IMG/VR virus record: IMGVR_UViG_3300040959_000809
DNA from: a virus
Reading direction: 5' to 3' (one strand)
DNA length: 64,000 nucleotides
Below, in pieces: positions 9,835 through 19,144 of the stretch. The translations under genes were made by a program, and so were the position numbers. Every line of letters starts with the position of its first letter. Position 1 is the first letter of the stretch. Below the pieces are notes generated by a model that had not been told where the DNA came from, made no database searches, and saw nothing but the letters and a program-made list of their open reading frames with translations.

Positions 9835-10060
9835 TTTTCCCTTTCAAACCAAATTTTATGTGTTTATACCATACTCGTTCATGCCCATAGTACAGGACAA
9901 ACTTGATAATCAAATCAGCTACAAATACGGCTCCAACTGCCTTTGGTGGCAATCCAAAAAACCAAGCAATTAGTGCTGTAACTATACTTGCAATAATTCT
10001 CCAGGTAATTGCCTTTGCCAAATGTCTCTTACGTGTTACTGACTCAGTCATTTCGTTCAA
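9824..10060 (-). CDS. DUF2061-like small membrane protein
   Basis: RHLAKAITWRIIAS...LYYGHERVWYK. Confidence 0.7.
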   Translation of the reverse strand: MNEMTESVTRKRHLAKAITWRIIASIVTALIAWFFGLPPKAVGAVFVADLIIKFVLYYGHERVWYKHIKFGLKGKNDV

Positions 10061-10466
10061 TCCAAGTTCGAACTACTTCCATGAGTTTCTCGTGTGTATC
10101 ATCAAACCATTCTGCTACATGATAGTCACACTTTGGCGGTGCTTCAAACATTTTATTAGTATCTTCAAATCGACCTTCTTTAATTGTATCCATCCAGATA
10201 GTAAAGTCTGGATTAAACTCTTGTCGAGCCTTTTCTGTAGGGCAAACAAAGTCCGCAATTGCAATCTTGCCAGCCATTACGACACCATCAGAGAGATGAC
10301 GCATCCGTTGAGCTTGGCGCATCCGACCTTCTGGACTAAAGTCCCAGTCATCATAACGACCACGGACCTCATCAGCGTTAATCCATACACCACTCAATAG
10401 ATTTGCAAGTGGTTTGCCTAGAGTACTTTTGCCACTACCAGGCAGCCCAAAAATCAAAATTTTCAT
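10044..10466 (-). CDS. adenylylsulfate (APS) kinase-like P-loop kinase
   Basis: GLPGSGKST, NADEVR, RMRQAQRM, DFVCP and FEAP; likely start is ATG 10466. Confidence 0.7.
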   Translation of the reverse strand: MKILIFGLPGSGKSTLGKPLANLLSGVWINADEVRGRYDDWDFSPEGRMRQAQRMRHLSDGVVMAGKIAIADFVCPTEKARQEFNPDFTIWMDTIKEGRFEDTNKMFEAPPKCDYHVAEWFDDTHEKLMEVVRTWIERND

Positions 10467-10477
10467 AATGTGATCCC

Positions 10478-10963
10478 TCACTTTTTCTTAGTTTTAATCT
10501 TATCCTCAAAATCGCTGATAAAATCATTAATGTATTCAGGAGCTGCATTCATATGAATTGCAACATCATTCGAATCATGAATATGAGCTACCATCTGTGA
10601 TGATTTAAACCGAATGTACATCTGCTTTTTTTCTTTTTGAATACGTCTCAAGAACGCGTACCAAATAATCTGTGTAAAATATGCAAAGGGGTTTTGTGAT
10701 TTTTCAGGGTTAAAGTTGTGAATGTATTGTAGACAGTTTTCAATGCCGTCTGATATCATATCATCCTTATATGAGTAACCACTGAAATTGGGCTTAGTTG
10801 CTAGTCTTGTAGCAATCTGAAAAATGCAACTGCCGATGTAATCAGGAACTTTAGGGGTGGGATCCCCACAGTCCTCGGCCTCTGCGCATGCCTCTTTATA
10901 AACTATAAGAGCCTCAAGCAAGTCTTTATTGTTTACATAATTTTTTTTACGTTTTCCGGCCAT
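10478..10963 (-). CDS. 55: late sigma factor (T4 gp55)
   Basis: YVNNKDLL...PNFSGYSYKDDMISDGIENCLQYIHNFNPEKSQNPFAYFTQI. Confidence 0.95.
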   Translation of the reverse strand: MAGKRKKNYVNNKDLLEALIVYKEACAEAEDCGDPTPKVPDYIGSCIFQIATRLATKPNFSGYSYKDDMISDGIENCLQYIHNFNPEKSQNPFAYFTQIIWYAFLRRIQKEKKQMYIRFKSSQMVAHIHDSNDVAIHMNAAPEYINDFISDFEDKIKTKKK

Positions 10964-11004
10964 AGCAAATCAAGTTCCTTTTTAATAATAGGTGAATTTT
11001 GTTT

Positions 11005-11033
11005 ATAATATCACGTATATGAAAAAATGTCAA
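11005..11033 (-). promoter_or_regulatory. sigma70-type promoter for gp55
   Basis: TTGACA-17 bp-TATTAT on the minus strand. Confidence 0.65.
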
Positions 11034-11077
11034 CCAAAATTTAGTAAAACTTTTTTAAACTTTTTTCATTCTACGTG

Positions 11078-11105
11078 TTGACATTTGCTTAGTATTGTGT
11101 ATAAT
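11078..11105 (+). promoter_or_regulatory. orphan consensus sigma70 promoter facing the 3' end of uvsW
   Basis: TTGACA-16 bp-TATAAT on the + strand with no sense ORF downstream. Confidence 0.5.
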
Positions 11106-11129
11106 AGGGTTATGCCCTTAAAAATACAA

Positions 11130-12617
11130 TTAAATATCTACTGTGTATATACGGAATGAAAACTCCTCCGAAGAGTAAATGTCAATTCTCTTTCTAAAAT
11201 GTTTTAAAGTGTAATTTTCAAATGAGCCTGAGCTCAAATCATCGGCAATATCATAAAGAGTAGCCTTGTCTGCATCATTACCTTTTCTCAAGGTTCTACC
11301 AATAGACTGAAGTACTTTAATTTCTGATTTAGATCCAGAAGCAAAGATTACATTATCAAGTTTCTTCAAGTTCACTCCAGTCGAGAATACACCATATGAT
11401 GCAAGGATGTCGTGTTGTTTAATTGGATCATTTTCTACAAGATGTCGGATCCGTTCACGTTCATCACCCGAGGTTGCACCATATATAAAGTGAAGGTGAC
11501 GATCGTCCTTGCGAAGCAAGGGTTCTAGGATCTTACCATGTTTTTCAACCAAGTCAAATAGAATGAGATTGTTTTGCCCTTCCAGTGACCAGAGCAGATT
11601 TCGTATGAACAGATTCCGTTTTTCGTGATTGACAATGAACTCTCGTTCAGCAGGGTATTTTTTAACCTTGTCGACCTTATTTATGGCATCTTTAAATACT
11701 TTTCTAGCACCCTTTTCGTGTGAGAGAATAATTGCCTTTACTTTAAAATCAGCAACAGTACCCTGATCCATAAGATCCTTTGTACTCACATATTTAACAA
11801 CCGGTCCAAAGCAACCTTCTAACACCATTCTATGTGTTTTTGATTCTGTTGATTTTAATGTACCAGTAAACCCATGGCGATAATCACAATCAGTGAGTTT
11901 TTCCATAATTTTTGTAAGTGATTTAGCCTGAAATAAGTGTGCCTCGTCACCTAGCACAACTCTGAATTGATCAAACCATTCCTTTGGCAATTTAATAAGT
12001 GACTGCCAGGTAGATATTACTATGGGAGCAACCGTATTCTTGTCAACCCCACCTTGTATTGTATAAATGTGCTCTGGGCTACATCCATAGTCAATAAAGT
12101 CACCTTTCATCTGGTGGACCAATCCAATTGTGGGCACAATGATTAGAGTCCTATGCTGAAAGGCCTGATAATAATGTTGCTGTATAAGATAAATGATTAA
12201 GGATTTACCAGATGATGTCGGCGATACCGATAGGGATCTTTTCTTTTTAATAGCATTTACTACATAATCATTCTGATAGTCACGTGGTGTGAATTTACAG
12301 TTGATTTCTTTTGCTACCTCATAGCCGTAATCATCTGGGACTGGTTCGTCAAGGAACTGTTGATCTACATTAAATTCGTATTCTCTAATCTCACAAAATT
12401 CTCTTAATTTTTCCAAGAGTCCTACATATAATATAGGTTTCATAGGATTGAACAAACGAATATAGCCATCCCAATATCTAGCTTTAAATGATGGATGAAA
12501 CTGATATCCTTCAGGACGAAATGAGAAAAACTCTGAAATTTCCTGCTTCACACCAGCATCACATACTATTCTCATATGGACAGAATTTAAATATTCTACA
12601 TTTACAATGTCACTCAT
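11130..12617 (-). CDS. uvsW: SF2 helicase UvsW
   Basis: PRDYQ, SPTSSGKS, GDEAH, GFTGT, STGVN and QSIGRTLR. Confidence 0.95.
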   Translation of the reverse strand: MSDIVNVEYLNSVHMRIVCDAGVKQEISEFFSFRPEGYQFHPSFKARYWDGYIRLFNPMKPILYVGLLEKLREFCEIREYEFNVDQQFLDEPVPDDYGYEVAKEINCKFTPRDYQNDYVVNAIKKKRSLSVSPTSSGKSLIIYLIQQHYYQAFQHRTLIIVPTIGLVHQMKGDFIDYGCSPEHIYTIQGGVDKNTVAPIVISTWQSLIKLPKEWFDQFRVVLGDEAHLFQAKSLTKIMEKLTDCDYRHGFTGTLKSTESKTHRMVLEGCFGPVVKYVSTKDLMDQGTVADFKVKAIILSHEKGARKVFKDAINKVDKVKKYPAEREFIVNHEKRNLFIRNLLWSLEGQNNLILFDLVEKHGKILEPLLRKDDRHLHFIYGATSGDERERIRHLVENDPIKQHDILASYGVFSTGVNLKKLDNVIFASGSKSEIKVLQSIGRTLRKGNDADKATLYDIADDLSSGSFENYTLKHFRKRIDIYSSEEFSFRIYTVDI

Positions 12618-12832
12618 CTAGTAATGTCCACATTTGTTCCTGATGGCTTTGGTGATTCCACCAGTTCACCGTTCCTATTGTATAGAGTATATCCCAATTC
12701 TTGAACACGAATTGCGCCATTCACCATTTGGTGTTCAACGTGAGTTGTAACTAAGTCCTCGCCTACCCAAGAGGTACGAGTGTAATTACTTACAATCTGT
12801 GTTGGAAGAATGGGTGGGATAGACTCTACCAT
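12614..12832 (-). CDS. hypothetical protein
   Basis: 72 aa, translationally coupled between uvsY and uvsW. Confidence 0.55.
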   Translation of the reverse strand: MVESIPPILPTQIVSNYTRTSWVGEDLVTTHVEHQMVNGAIRVQELGYTLYNRNGELVESPKPSGTNVDITR

Positions 12833-12835
12833 TAT

Positions 12836-13273
12836 TTAATATTCTCCTGACTGAAACTTGAGCATATCAATACAATTTTTGATGATAAAATTTCTACTGT
12901 GTATTGTTTTAATAATATCTTCCAGGAAATTTGCTCTGGCTGAATGATAATCAATTTTGAGACTCATCTTAATAACGTCAGGATCTGCTTGTATATATTT
13001 ATCCATATCTTGCCGGATAACTTTTTTCTGAAAAGGTCTCCATCCTCGTTCACGTAGATCCTCTTCAGCCATGGATCCATCAATCCAATCACGCTTTGCC
13101 ATTTCAAGCTCTTTGTAATCATATCGCAGCTTTTTGACTCTCAGTACTTCCTTAAAATACATATTGTAGTATTTACTATGAAGTGTAGGGATCCTTTTGG
13201 ATTCCCCAACTAAATTTGTCTCGTCGATGGGAGAATCCTTTGCCCATAGTTCACTTATATCATCTGTGCTCAT
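12836..13273 (-). CDS. uvsY: recombination mediator UvsY
   Basis: WAKDSPIDETNL...IPTLHSKYY...DMDKYIQAD...RNFIIKN, in the T4-like synteny. Confidence 0.9.
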   Translation of the reverse strand: MSTDDISELWAKDSPIDETNLVGESKRIPTLHSKYYNMYFKEVLRVKKLRYDYKELEMAKRDWIDGSMAEEDLRERGWRPFQKKVIRQDMDKYIQADPDVIKMSLKIDYHSARANFLEDIIKTIHSRNFIIKNCIDMLKFQSGEY

Positions 13274-13327
13274 TATAAAATCCTAAGTTATTTCAACATT
13301 ACATTATACCATAGGTACTATGAAATG

Positions 13328-13810
13328 TCAATCATTCAAATTGTCGATTGTGAAATATGTATATCTGAAGGTTGCCGTTACCTCAGGATATATGACATCC
13401 TGGTTGGTAATATCCAATGAAATTGGTGATAAATCGGTAGGGAAACAATCAATAAAATTAAATCTAATGTTTGAATTTTTATGACTGTTATTAATAATTA
13501 CTGATATATCTGATACGTCTGTTTCGTTGTTATATGTACCCAATTCAGTTGGCTGTGCGTTTAATTTAATCCAAGCAAAAATCTCTTGGTAGTTGACCAT
13601 TTGCTCGTCTACAATAAATGTGACATCCAAATCAGCAAACGCAATTTTCTGTTTTGGTTGGTAGATGTTATTAAGCGGCGTAATTTGCTCGACGGAACCA
13701 GCCGACAAGCTTGGGATATTAACCTTCTGAGTAAAAAATTCCACACTAGGTAATCTATCAATCACAATAGAAAACGAGGTGGGGGTCAAATAGTTCTGGG
13801 CTAACGCCAT
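13328..13810 (-). CDS. tail completion / tail-tube-like protein (gp3-like)
   Basis: NYLTPTSF...VEFFTQKVNIP...LDVTFIVDE...FIDCFPTDLS...ATFRY. Sits in the gp3-uvsY-uvsW-gp55 synteny with a late promoter upstream. Confidence 0.75.
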   Translation of the reverse strand: MALAQNYLTPTSFSIVIDRLPSVEFFTQKVNIPSLSAGSVEQITPLNNIYQPKQKIAFADLDVTFIVDEQMVNYQEIFAWIKLNAQPTELGTYNNETDVSDISVIINNSHKNSNIRFNFIDCFPTDLSPISLDITNQDVIYPEVTATFRYTYFTIDNLND

Positions 13811-13845
13811 TGTATACCTCTACATTAAATGATATGTAACACCAC

Positions 13846-13853
13846 TATTTATA
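13846..13853 (-). promoter_or_regulatory. T4-type late promoter TATAAATA
   Basis: tatttata on the + strand, 36 bp upstream of the gp3-like gene. Confidence 0.7.
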
Positions 13854-13871
13854 TAGAAGTAAGGGCCGTTA

Positions 13872-15221
13872 CTACAGCCCTTTAATGTCCTGTAAGAATT
13901 GGTCTTGTGGTGATGTGTCAGTCCAATAGGCAATATTGGTATGGCATTCATTTATTTCCACCTCGAGCTGTTTGACCATTTCATCTGTCAGGCTCAAGAT
14001 ATTAATTCGTAACAACCTATCAATGTCACCAGAAATTGCATCCGTATTTTTATGGATCTGTACTACAACCTCATCCTTCTTTTTATTTTTAAATTCAATT
14101 TTATTATTTAAAACAGCCTGGATAAATTGCATTTTAACATTGAGCCACCGAGCACTTTCACGTTCATTCTCTAGGTTCTGATTAATTCTTTTCTGTAAAA
14201 TACTCAACCGATAATCACAGAAGTCCTTAATCAGATCACGCTCATCAGAATATTCCTTAAGATTGCCTTGTGGTCCAATAACAGTTAGGTTCTCAGTAAA
14301 CGGTTTGCTTAATTTAAACTTTGAGATGATTTGGCTATCAGTCCAATTTGCAGATGTGTTCTGTTTTAATTTGACCTCAAATTGAAAACCTTTTTTATTA
14401 CAAAGATCTTCATATGAAACAATATCACCATCATCCTCGAGCTTGTCAAGAATCTTTACATACGATTCACGATCAAAGCCATATGGAACTTCATTAATCA
14501 TTATTACAGTTTTGCTCTTTTTCACAAATCGACCAAGTACTGTATGTCTGCCATCCTCTTCGTTGAATTGAACAAGACCATTAAACTCTGGAAATGAAAC
14601 AGGAATCCGCTTTTTAATTTTACCGGATTTAATATATTCCGAACAAGCCTTAATAAGTGCTTTAGGATCACGAGGTAAGATATTTGTTGCAAATCCTGTC
14701 GCAATACCTTTGGCACCATTAGCCAACACCAACGGAATTACAGGAAGATAAAACGTAGGTGGCTCATGCTCTGGATCATCGTGTTGAGGTGATAATTCCA
14801 GATCGTGAATATATTTTGTAAAGTTATTGTGCAGTCGAGTGTAAACATACCGGGCAGCACCAGCCTCTTGCACGAGTCGAGTTCCAAATGATCCTCTACC
14901 TTCGACCAGACATATGTTATTATTCCATTCAGCTGCCATTAATTGACCAGCACCTGCCGCGGAAGCTTCTCCATGGTTATAACCGTAATCTGATATAATA
15001 CCAGACACAGCCGATACCTTTTTAAAGTCATTTTTAGAATTCTTAATTGATGAATACAAATAGAATCGTTGTACCGGTTTTAATCCATCAATCATATTAG
15101 GAATTGCACGAGCTTCTACTGTGTACATGGCGAATGATTTCCACTCATTAGATGCCACCTTAGAGATAGGGTAGTCACCTTTCATTGGTTTGTCATCAAC
15201 AAAATCCAAAACACTCATCAT
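13872..15221 (-). CDS. 52: type II topoisomerase GyrA/ParC-like subunit (T4 gp52)
   Basis: RAIPNMIDGLKPVQR, YNHGE, and AGAARY containing the catalytic Tyr. Confidence 0.95.
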   Translation of the reverse strand: MMSVLDFVDDKPMKGDYPISKVASNEWKSFAMYTVEARAIPNMIDGLKPVQRFYLYSSIKNSKNDFKKVSAVSGIISDYGYNHGEASAAGAGQLMAAEWNNNICLVEGRGSFGTRLVQEAGAARYVYTRLHNNFTKYIHDLELSPQHDDPEHEPPTFYLPVIPLVLANGAKGIATGFATNILPRDPKALIKACSEYIKSGKIKKRIPVSFPEFNGLVQFNEEDGRHTVLGRFVKKSKTVIMINEVPYGFDRESYVKILDKLEDDGDIVSYEDLCNKKGFQFEVKLKQNTSANWTDSQIISKFKLSKPFTENLTVIGPQGNLKEYSDERDLIKDFCDYRLSILQKRINQNLENERESARWLNVKMQFIQAVLNNKIEFKNKKKDEVVVQIHKNTDAISGDIDRLLRINILSLTDEMVKQLEVEINECHTNIAYWTDTSPQDQFLQDIKGL

Positions 15222-15349
15222 TTCTCATCCTTTACTAAAAAGTTTACTTTAACAACATTGCCTTTTTGCTTTCTAATATAAAATTCTAATCCGTGTTCCA
15301 AAAAAATCTTTTTCAGATCTGATACAGTTTTTTCGTCTGTTATTTTCAT
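15218..15349 (-). CDS. 43 aa hypothetical protein between the topoisomerase subunits
   Basis: Manual ORF MKITDEKTVSDLKKIFLEHGLEFYIRKQKGNVVKVNFLVKDEK, with ATGA overlaps at both ends. Confidence 0.6.
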   Translation of the reverse strand: MKITDEKTVSDLKKIFLEHGLEFYIRKQKGNVVKVNFLVKDEK

Positions 15350-17166
15350 GCGAACATAAACTCCTTGCGCAAGCCGGCATCTTTACCGAACATCATTTCA
15401 AAAATTTTCACATCGTCCACAGTCACTGTGTCATATGTTGGTTTATTAATTATAACGTGATACTCATCCTCCTGAAGGCTGCCGAGTCCTTTTATATAAC
15501 GGTGTTTCCAACCAGCCTGATTGGCTTTAAATTCCGAAGCCTCCTCATATGTATAGAACCATTTTGTATCTTTACCTTTGGTCGATATCATAATAGGTGT
15601 CCGTGTGATTTTAACACGCCGTTCTTGTAACAAACGCGGCCAGAACTTGTAGAAGAATGCAATCAGCAATGGTGAGATGTGACCAATTCCGTCATGGTCA
15701 GCGTCTGTGAGTGTCGCAATACTTCCATATGTCATATCATCGACACTATTTGGGTTATTAATGTCTAGCCCGAGTACAGCAACCAATTCACTCAATTCTT
15801 TATTTTTAAGTACATCAGCTGGTTTCATATCCCAGGTATTCATAATAACACCACGCAATGGAAATGCACCAACCTTATTAGGATCACGTACCTTTAATAG
15901 GAAACCCATGGCTGAGTCACCTTCCACAATTTTGAGTGTAGCATCATCTTTATTTGCCGCAATGTGTTTCGCAACCTTGACCTTCTTAAGTTTTTTCTGA
16001 GCCATGGTTGCGGCACGTCTATCAGCTGCAATCTTCTTTGCCAATTGAGCTTCGATGATCGGATCAATGATCTCGGGTGTGTTGAGAATTTTACGAGCAT
16101 AGAATACAAAGTCCTTGCACTCAGCACTCTCATAATGTTCCTTTACATTGCTCATTGGGTTCGTCAATTTTTCCTTCGTCTGTGAATCAAACTTAGGATT
16201 GACAAAGTTTCGAGAGAATAGAACAAAGGTCAAACCATTTTTAATTGTGGCTTTTACAACATCAATTTTATGTTTCTTTTTAATCATGGTGACCAGTTCT
16301 TCAACCACACCATTTACAATATAGTCAACATATGAACCACCCTGCCGTGTATTCACACCATTGACAAAACTGTTTGATCGGAAACCATCCTCGGATGAAC
16401 CAAAGAAAAATGATACGTTATCTGATTTTTCAATTACCACGTGTTCACTGAACAGAGCAGAATATTTTTTCAGATCCGAAACTTGAATCCGACGCTTATT
16501 AAAAGAGAAACGAATTTCCGGAAACGACATTTGAAGCGATACAAGACGTTCTTCAAGTAGTTCAATCGTATCTAAAGAGTTAATTGAATCCGTCTCAAAA
16601 AGTTCATAGTCGGGAATGAAGCAAACCTCGGTGCCACTTCCTGCCTTTTCCTTTGTTTTGACATCAATATAATTGCCCCCATCCTTACAGATGACCTCAA
16701 CCATTGTTCCATTCTGCCATGTTTTACCATGGAATTTTGTGGATAAGAAATTGGTTGCGGCTGAACCGACACCGTTTGTACCGATTGTAACTCGTTCATC
16801 ATCAAAACTTGTTCCGGCATTCACCTTAGTCCATGCTGCAACTGGTCTGAGAATATTCTCTCCAGTGGTCTCGTCGTATACCTCTTCTTGAGGAATACCA
16901 CGGCCGTTATCGGTTACGATGATCTTGTCATCTTCGACCGATACATTAATTTTATTAGCATATTTAAAATTGGTACGGATCGCCTCGTCGATGGCATTAT
17001 CCAAAATCTCGTCAACCATCTTGGATAAGGCTGGTACATAAACCGCCTTTTTCCATTTGCCGAGAACGAACCGTTCAATTTCTTCCATCGAACTTGATCC
17101 CATGTACATGCCGATACGCTCTCGGACGTGTTGACGGGCTGTAAGTATTCTAAATTGTTCTGTCAT
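15346..17166 (-). CDS. 39: type II topoisomerase GyrB/ParE-like subunit (gp39 and gp60 in one ORF)
   Basis: EILDNAIDE, DNGRGIP, GTNGVG, EGDSA, PLRG, DADHDG and YIKGLGS. Confidence 0.95.
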   Translation of the reverse strand: MTEQFRILTARQHVRERIGMYMGSSSMEEIERFVLGKWKKAVYVPALSKMVDEILDNAIDEAIRTNFKYANKINVSVEDDKIIVTDNGRGIPQEEVYDETTGENILRPVAAWTKVNAGTSFDDERVTIGTNGVGSAATNFLSTKFHGKTWQNGTMVEVICKDGGNYIDVKTKEKAGSGTEVCFIPDYELFETDSINSLDTIELLEERLVSLQMSFPEIRFSFNKRRIQVSDLKKYSALFSEHVVIEKSDNVSFFFGSSEDGFRSNSFVNGVNTRQGGSYVDYIVNGVVEELVTMIKKKHKIDVVKATIKNGLTFVLFSRNFVNPKFDSQTKEKLTNPMSNVKEHYESAECKDFVFYARKILNTPEIIDPIIEAQLAKKIAADRRAATMAQKKLKKVKVAKHIAANKDDATLKIVEGDSAMGFLLKVRDPNKVGAFPLRGVIMNTWDMKPADVLKNKELSELVAVLGLDINNPNSVDDMTYGSIATLTDADHDGIGHISPLLIAFFYKFWPRLLQERRVKITRTPIMISTKGKDTKWFYTYEEASEFKANQAGWKHRYIKGLGSLQEDEYHVIINKPTYDTVTVDDVKIFEMMFGKDAGLRKEFMFA

Positions 17167-17256
17167 ATATCGAAAATCCTCAATTCAACTATACCATCAT
17201 ATCACGTCTAGCTCAAATGTCAACCACTTTTTTTTAAAAAAAATACATCTTTTTGG

Positions 17257-17285
17257 TTGACATTGATTATGTAATATGGTAGTAT
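17257..17285 (+). promoter_or_regulatory. early promoter (divergent partner of the gp39 promoter, whose -35 is at 17218-17223)
   Basis: GGTTGACA-17 bp-TAGTAT. Confidence 0.65.
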
Positions 17286-17316
17286 ATATCTATATTGTAT
17301 GTAACAAGGCGAAAAA

Positions 17317-17715
17317 ATGAACCAAGTATATGTATATAGTCACAAATACAAAAGAGAAACACTCGTTGAGGACGTAACTTACTTCTGCATCAAGGAACTT
17401 TTACCTCGGTTCAGTACATTAGATATAACAATAGAGCTAAGTAGTGACATGAGATCGGATCAATTTGGTGCGGTTGTTGCCTTGGATCGCCGAGAGTTCG
17501 AGATGGAACTCTCCGATAAGCTATCAGATGATGATCTGATCTCGACCATATGCCACGAAATGGTCCATGTCAAGCAATACGTTCGGAACGAAATACCCTT
17601 GGTTGGCGGTGTAAACTATAGAACATATAAAGAGTACCAAAATCAACCTCACGAGATCGAGGCCTTTGCATTAGAGAAAATATTGGCGAAAAAATTTAAA
17701 ATAAATGCAAAATAA
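17317..17715 (+). CDS. HExxH zincin-like putative metallopeptidase
   Basis: TICHEMVHVKQY...QPHEIEA. Confidence 0.7.
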   Translation: MNQVYVYSHKYKRETLVEDVTYFCIKELLPRFSTLDITIELSSDMRSDQFGAVVALDRREFEMELSDKLSDDDLISTICHEMVHVKQYVRNEIPLVGGVNYRTYKEYQNQPHEIEAFALEKILAKKFKINAK

Positions 17716-17718
17716 TGG

Positions 17719-17747
17719 TTGACATATAAGGCTATATATGATAGTAT
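17719..17747 (+). promoter_or_regulatory. early promoter
   Basis: GGTTGACA-17 bp-TAGTAT with an A-rich UP element. Confidence 0.65.
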
Positions 17748-17873
17748 GGTTATATAAGGTGAAAAAAAGGAACTTATGATGATTAAATCGACTTTGACTT
17801 TTATGATGACTGAAACGCTTTCAGTAGTGTTTAACCTAAGCTTTATTGCTGCAATTATTTGGGTACTAGTGTA

Positions 17874-18479
17874 ATGATCAAATACGATAAAATCGAATAC
17901 CAAACATATCTTCTTAAGCATAGCCGTAAGCAGAATAAAGGTGCCGTAGGTAATGATACCGAAAAAACTAAGACCTACACTGCTGAATGGAGATTTGAAC
18001 AGCAGTTAGGCAATAAGATCAAAGACTTTGGTAATATTGTCGAAGCTCAAAAATATGCGACAAAGGTGGTTAAGTCCAAAACTTGGAGAAAGCTACTTGA
18101 TGAAAAGGACCGTTCCTTAAGTACCGTTAACGTAGTCGCAAAGAAACGCTCCACTGGTCGTAATACAGCTGGTTGGGCACGAGGTAATACAGTCACATTG
18201 GATATGATGTGTGGGCTAGATGAATACACCTTGCTCCACGAAATGGCTCATTGCCTAGGTAACTGGCACCATGGTCGGTCATTCCGCCGGGACCTTCTGA
18301 AATTGGTCTCCCGGTTTATGGGTTCTGATGCTGCTAAGACTCTTAAAGCTTCGTTTAAGGAATCAAAATTGGCTTGTGGGGAACCACGCAAACCTTTGTC
18401 TTTCGATGCTTGGCAGGCAGCTAGGGCCCGGGCACAACATATGTTAGATGTCTCCGGATCACCTATTAAAAAGGTATAA
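17874..18479 (+). CDS. HExxH (SprT-like) putative metallopeptidase
   Basis: TLLHEMAHCLGNWHHGRSF; likely start is ATG 17874. Confidence 0.6.
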   Translation: MIKYDKIEYQTYLLKHSRKQNKGAVGNDTEKTKTYTAEWRFEQQLGNKIKDFGNIVEAQKYATKVVKSKTWRKLLDEKDRSLSTVNVVAKKRSTGRNTAGWARGNTVTLDMMCGLDEYTLLHEMAHCLGNWHHGRSFRRDLLKLVSRFMGSDAAKTLKASFKESKLACGEPRKPLSFDAWQAARARAQHMLDVSGSPIKKV

Positions 18480-18544
18480 CGATATAACAAAATGATATAA
18501 GGGAGGGGTTGACATTCTCCTCTCTTTTTGATAGAATAGGTACT

Positions 18545-18703
18545 ATGATGATGTTACTTTGGTTACCATCCATAATTCTTCTCTTCCTCGGATTTATCGT
18601 CCTTGTCGCAGGCTTTAGTATTCTCACCTCAATGGTAGTATTTGTGTGGGAACATCCCTTAATAATTCTTTTACTTGTACTTGCTATATTTTTATTACTT
18701 TAA
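18545..18703 (+). CDS. small membrane protein
   Basis: Two hydrophobic stretches; TTGACA at 18509 upstream. Confidence 0.5.
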   Translation: MMMLLWLPSIILLFLGFIVLVAGFSILTSMVVFVWEHPLIILLLVLAIFLLL

Positions 18704-18715
18704 TAGGAACTTTAT

Positions 18716-19141
18716 ATGTACTTTGATGTTGTGACTCCCTCTGCTAAAAACGCAAATGTTGGTTTGGCTGCCTATGCTACAATGGCTAGTAACTTTTTCT
18801 GTAAACAGTTAGGTATCAATCGTTTACAATGTCATGTCACATTAACTATGCACCAAAAGTTATATATTGATGGGAAGGGAACTGAAGGGTCTTGTGAGGC
18901 AATATCGGATAGAGTTTTTAATGTTGATGTTGCACTGTATGGTAATTGGCTGAGTACTCTTGCTCATGAATTGGTCCATGTTAAACAATTTGCTCGTGGT
19001 GAGCTCGATGATAGAATGACTCGCTGGAAAACTAATAAATATTGCGAGAACATTGATTATTGGGATCAACCTTGGGAAAAAGAAGCCCGGCGACTCCAAA
19101 CAAAATTAATGGGTGACTTTGAAAAGTTTATGATGGAGTAG
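18716..19141 (+). CDS. HExxH zincin-like putative metallopeptidase, paralog of 17317
   Basis: TLAHELVHVKQF...QPWEKEA. Confidence 0.7.
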   Translation: MYFDVVTPSAKNANVGLAAYATMASNFFCKQLGINRLQCHVTLTMHQKLYIDGKGTEGSCEAISDRVFNVDVALYGNWLSTLAHELVHVKQFARGELDDRMTRWKTNKYCENIDYWDQPWEKEARRLQTKLMGDFEKFMME

Positions 19142-19144
19142 ATA

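Noticed and set aside
15346-17166. gp39-gp60 fusion as a novelty
   Set aside because: The single-ORF form is the common state in T4 relatives; the T4 split is the exception.
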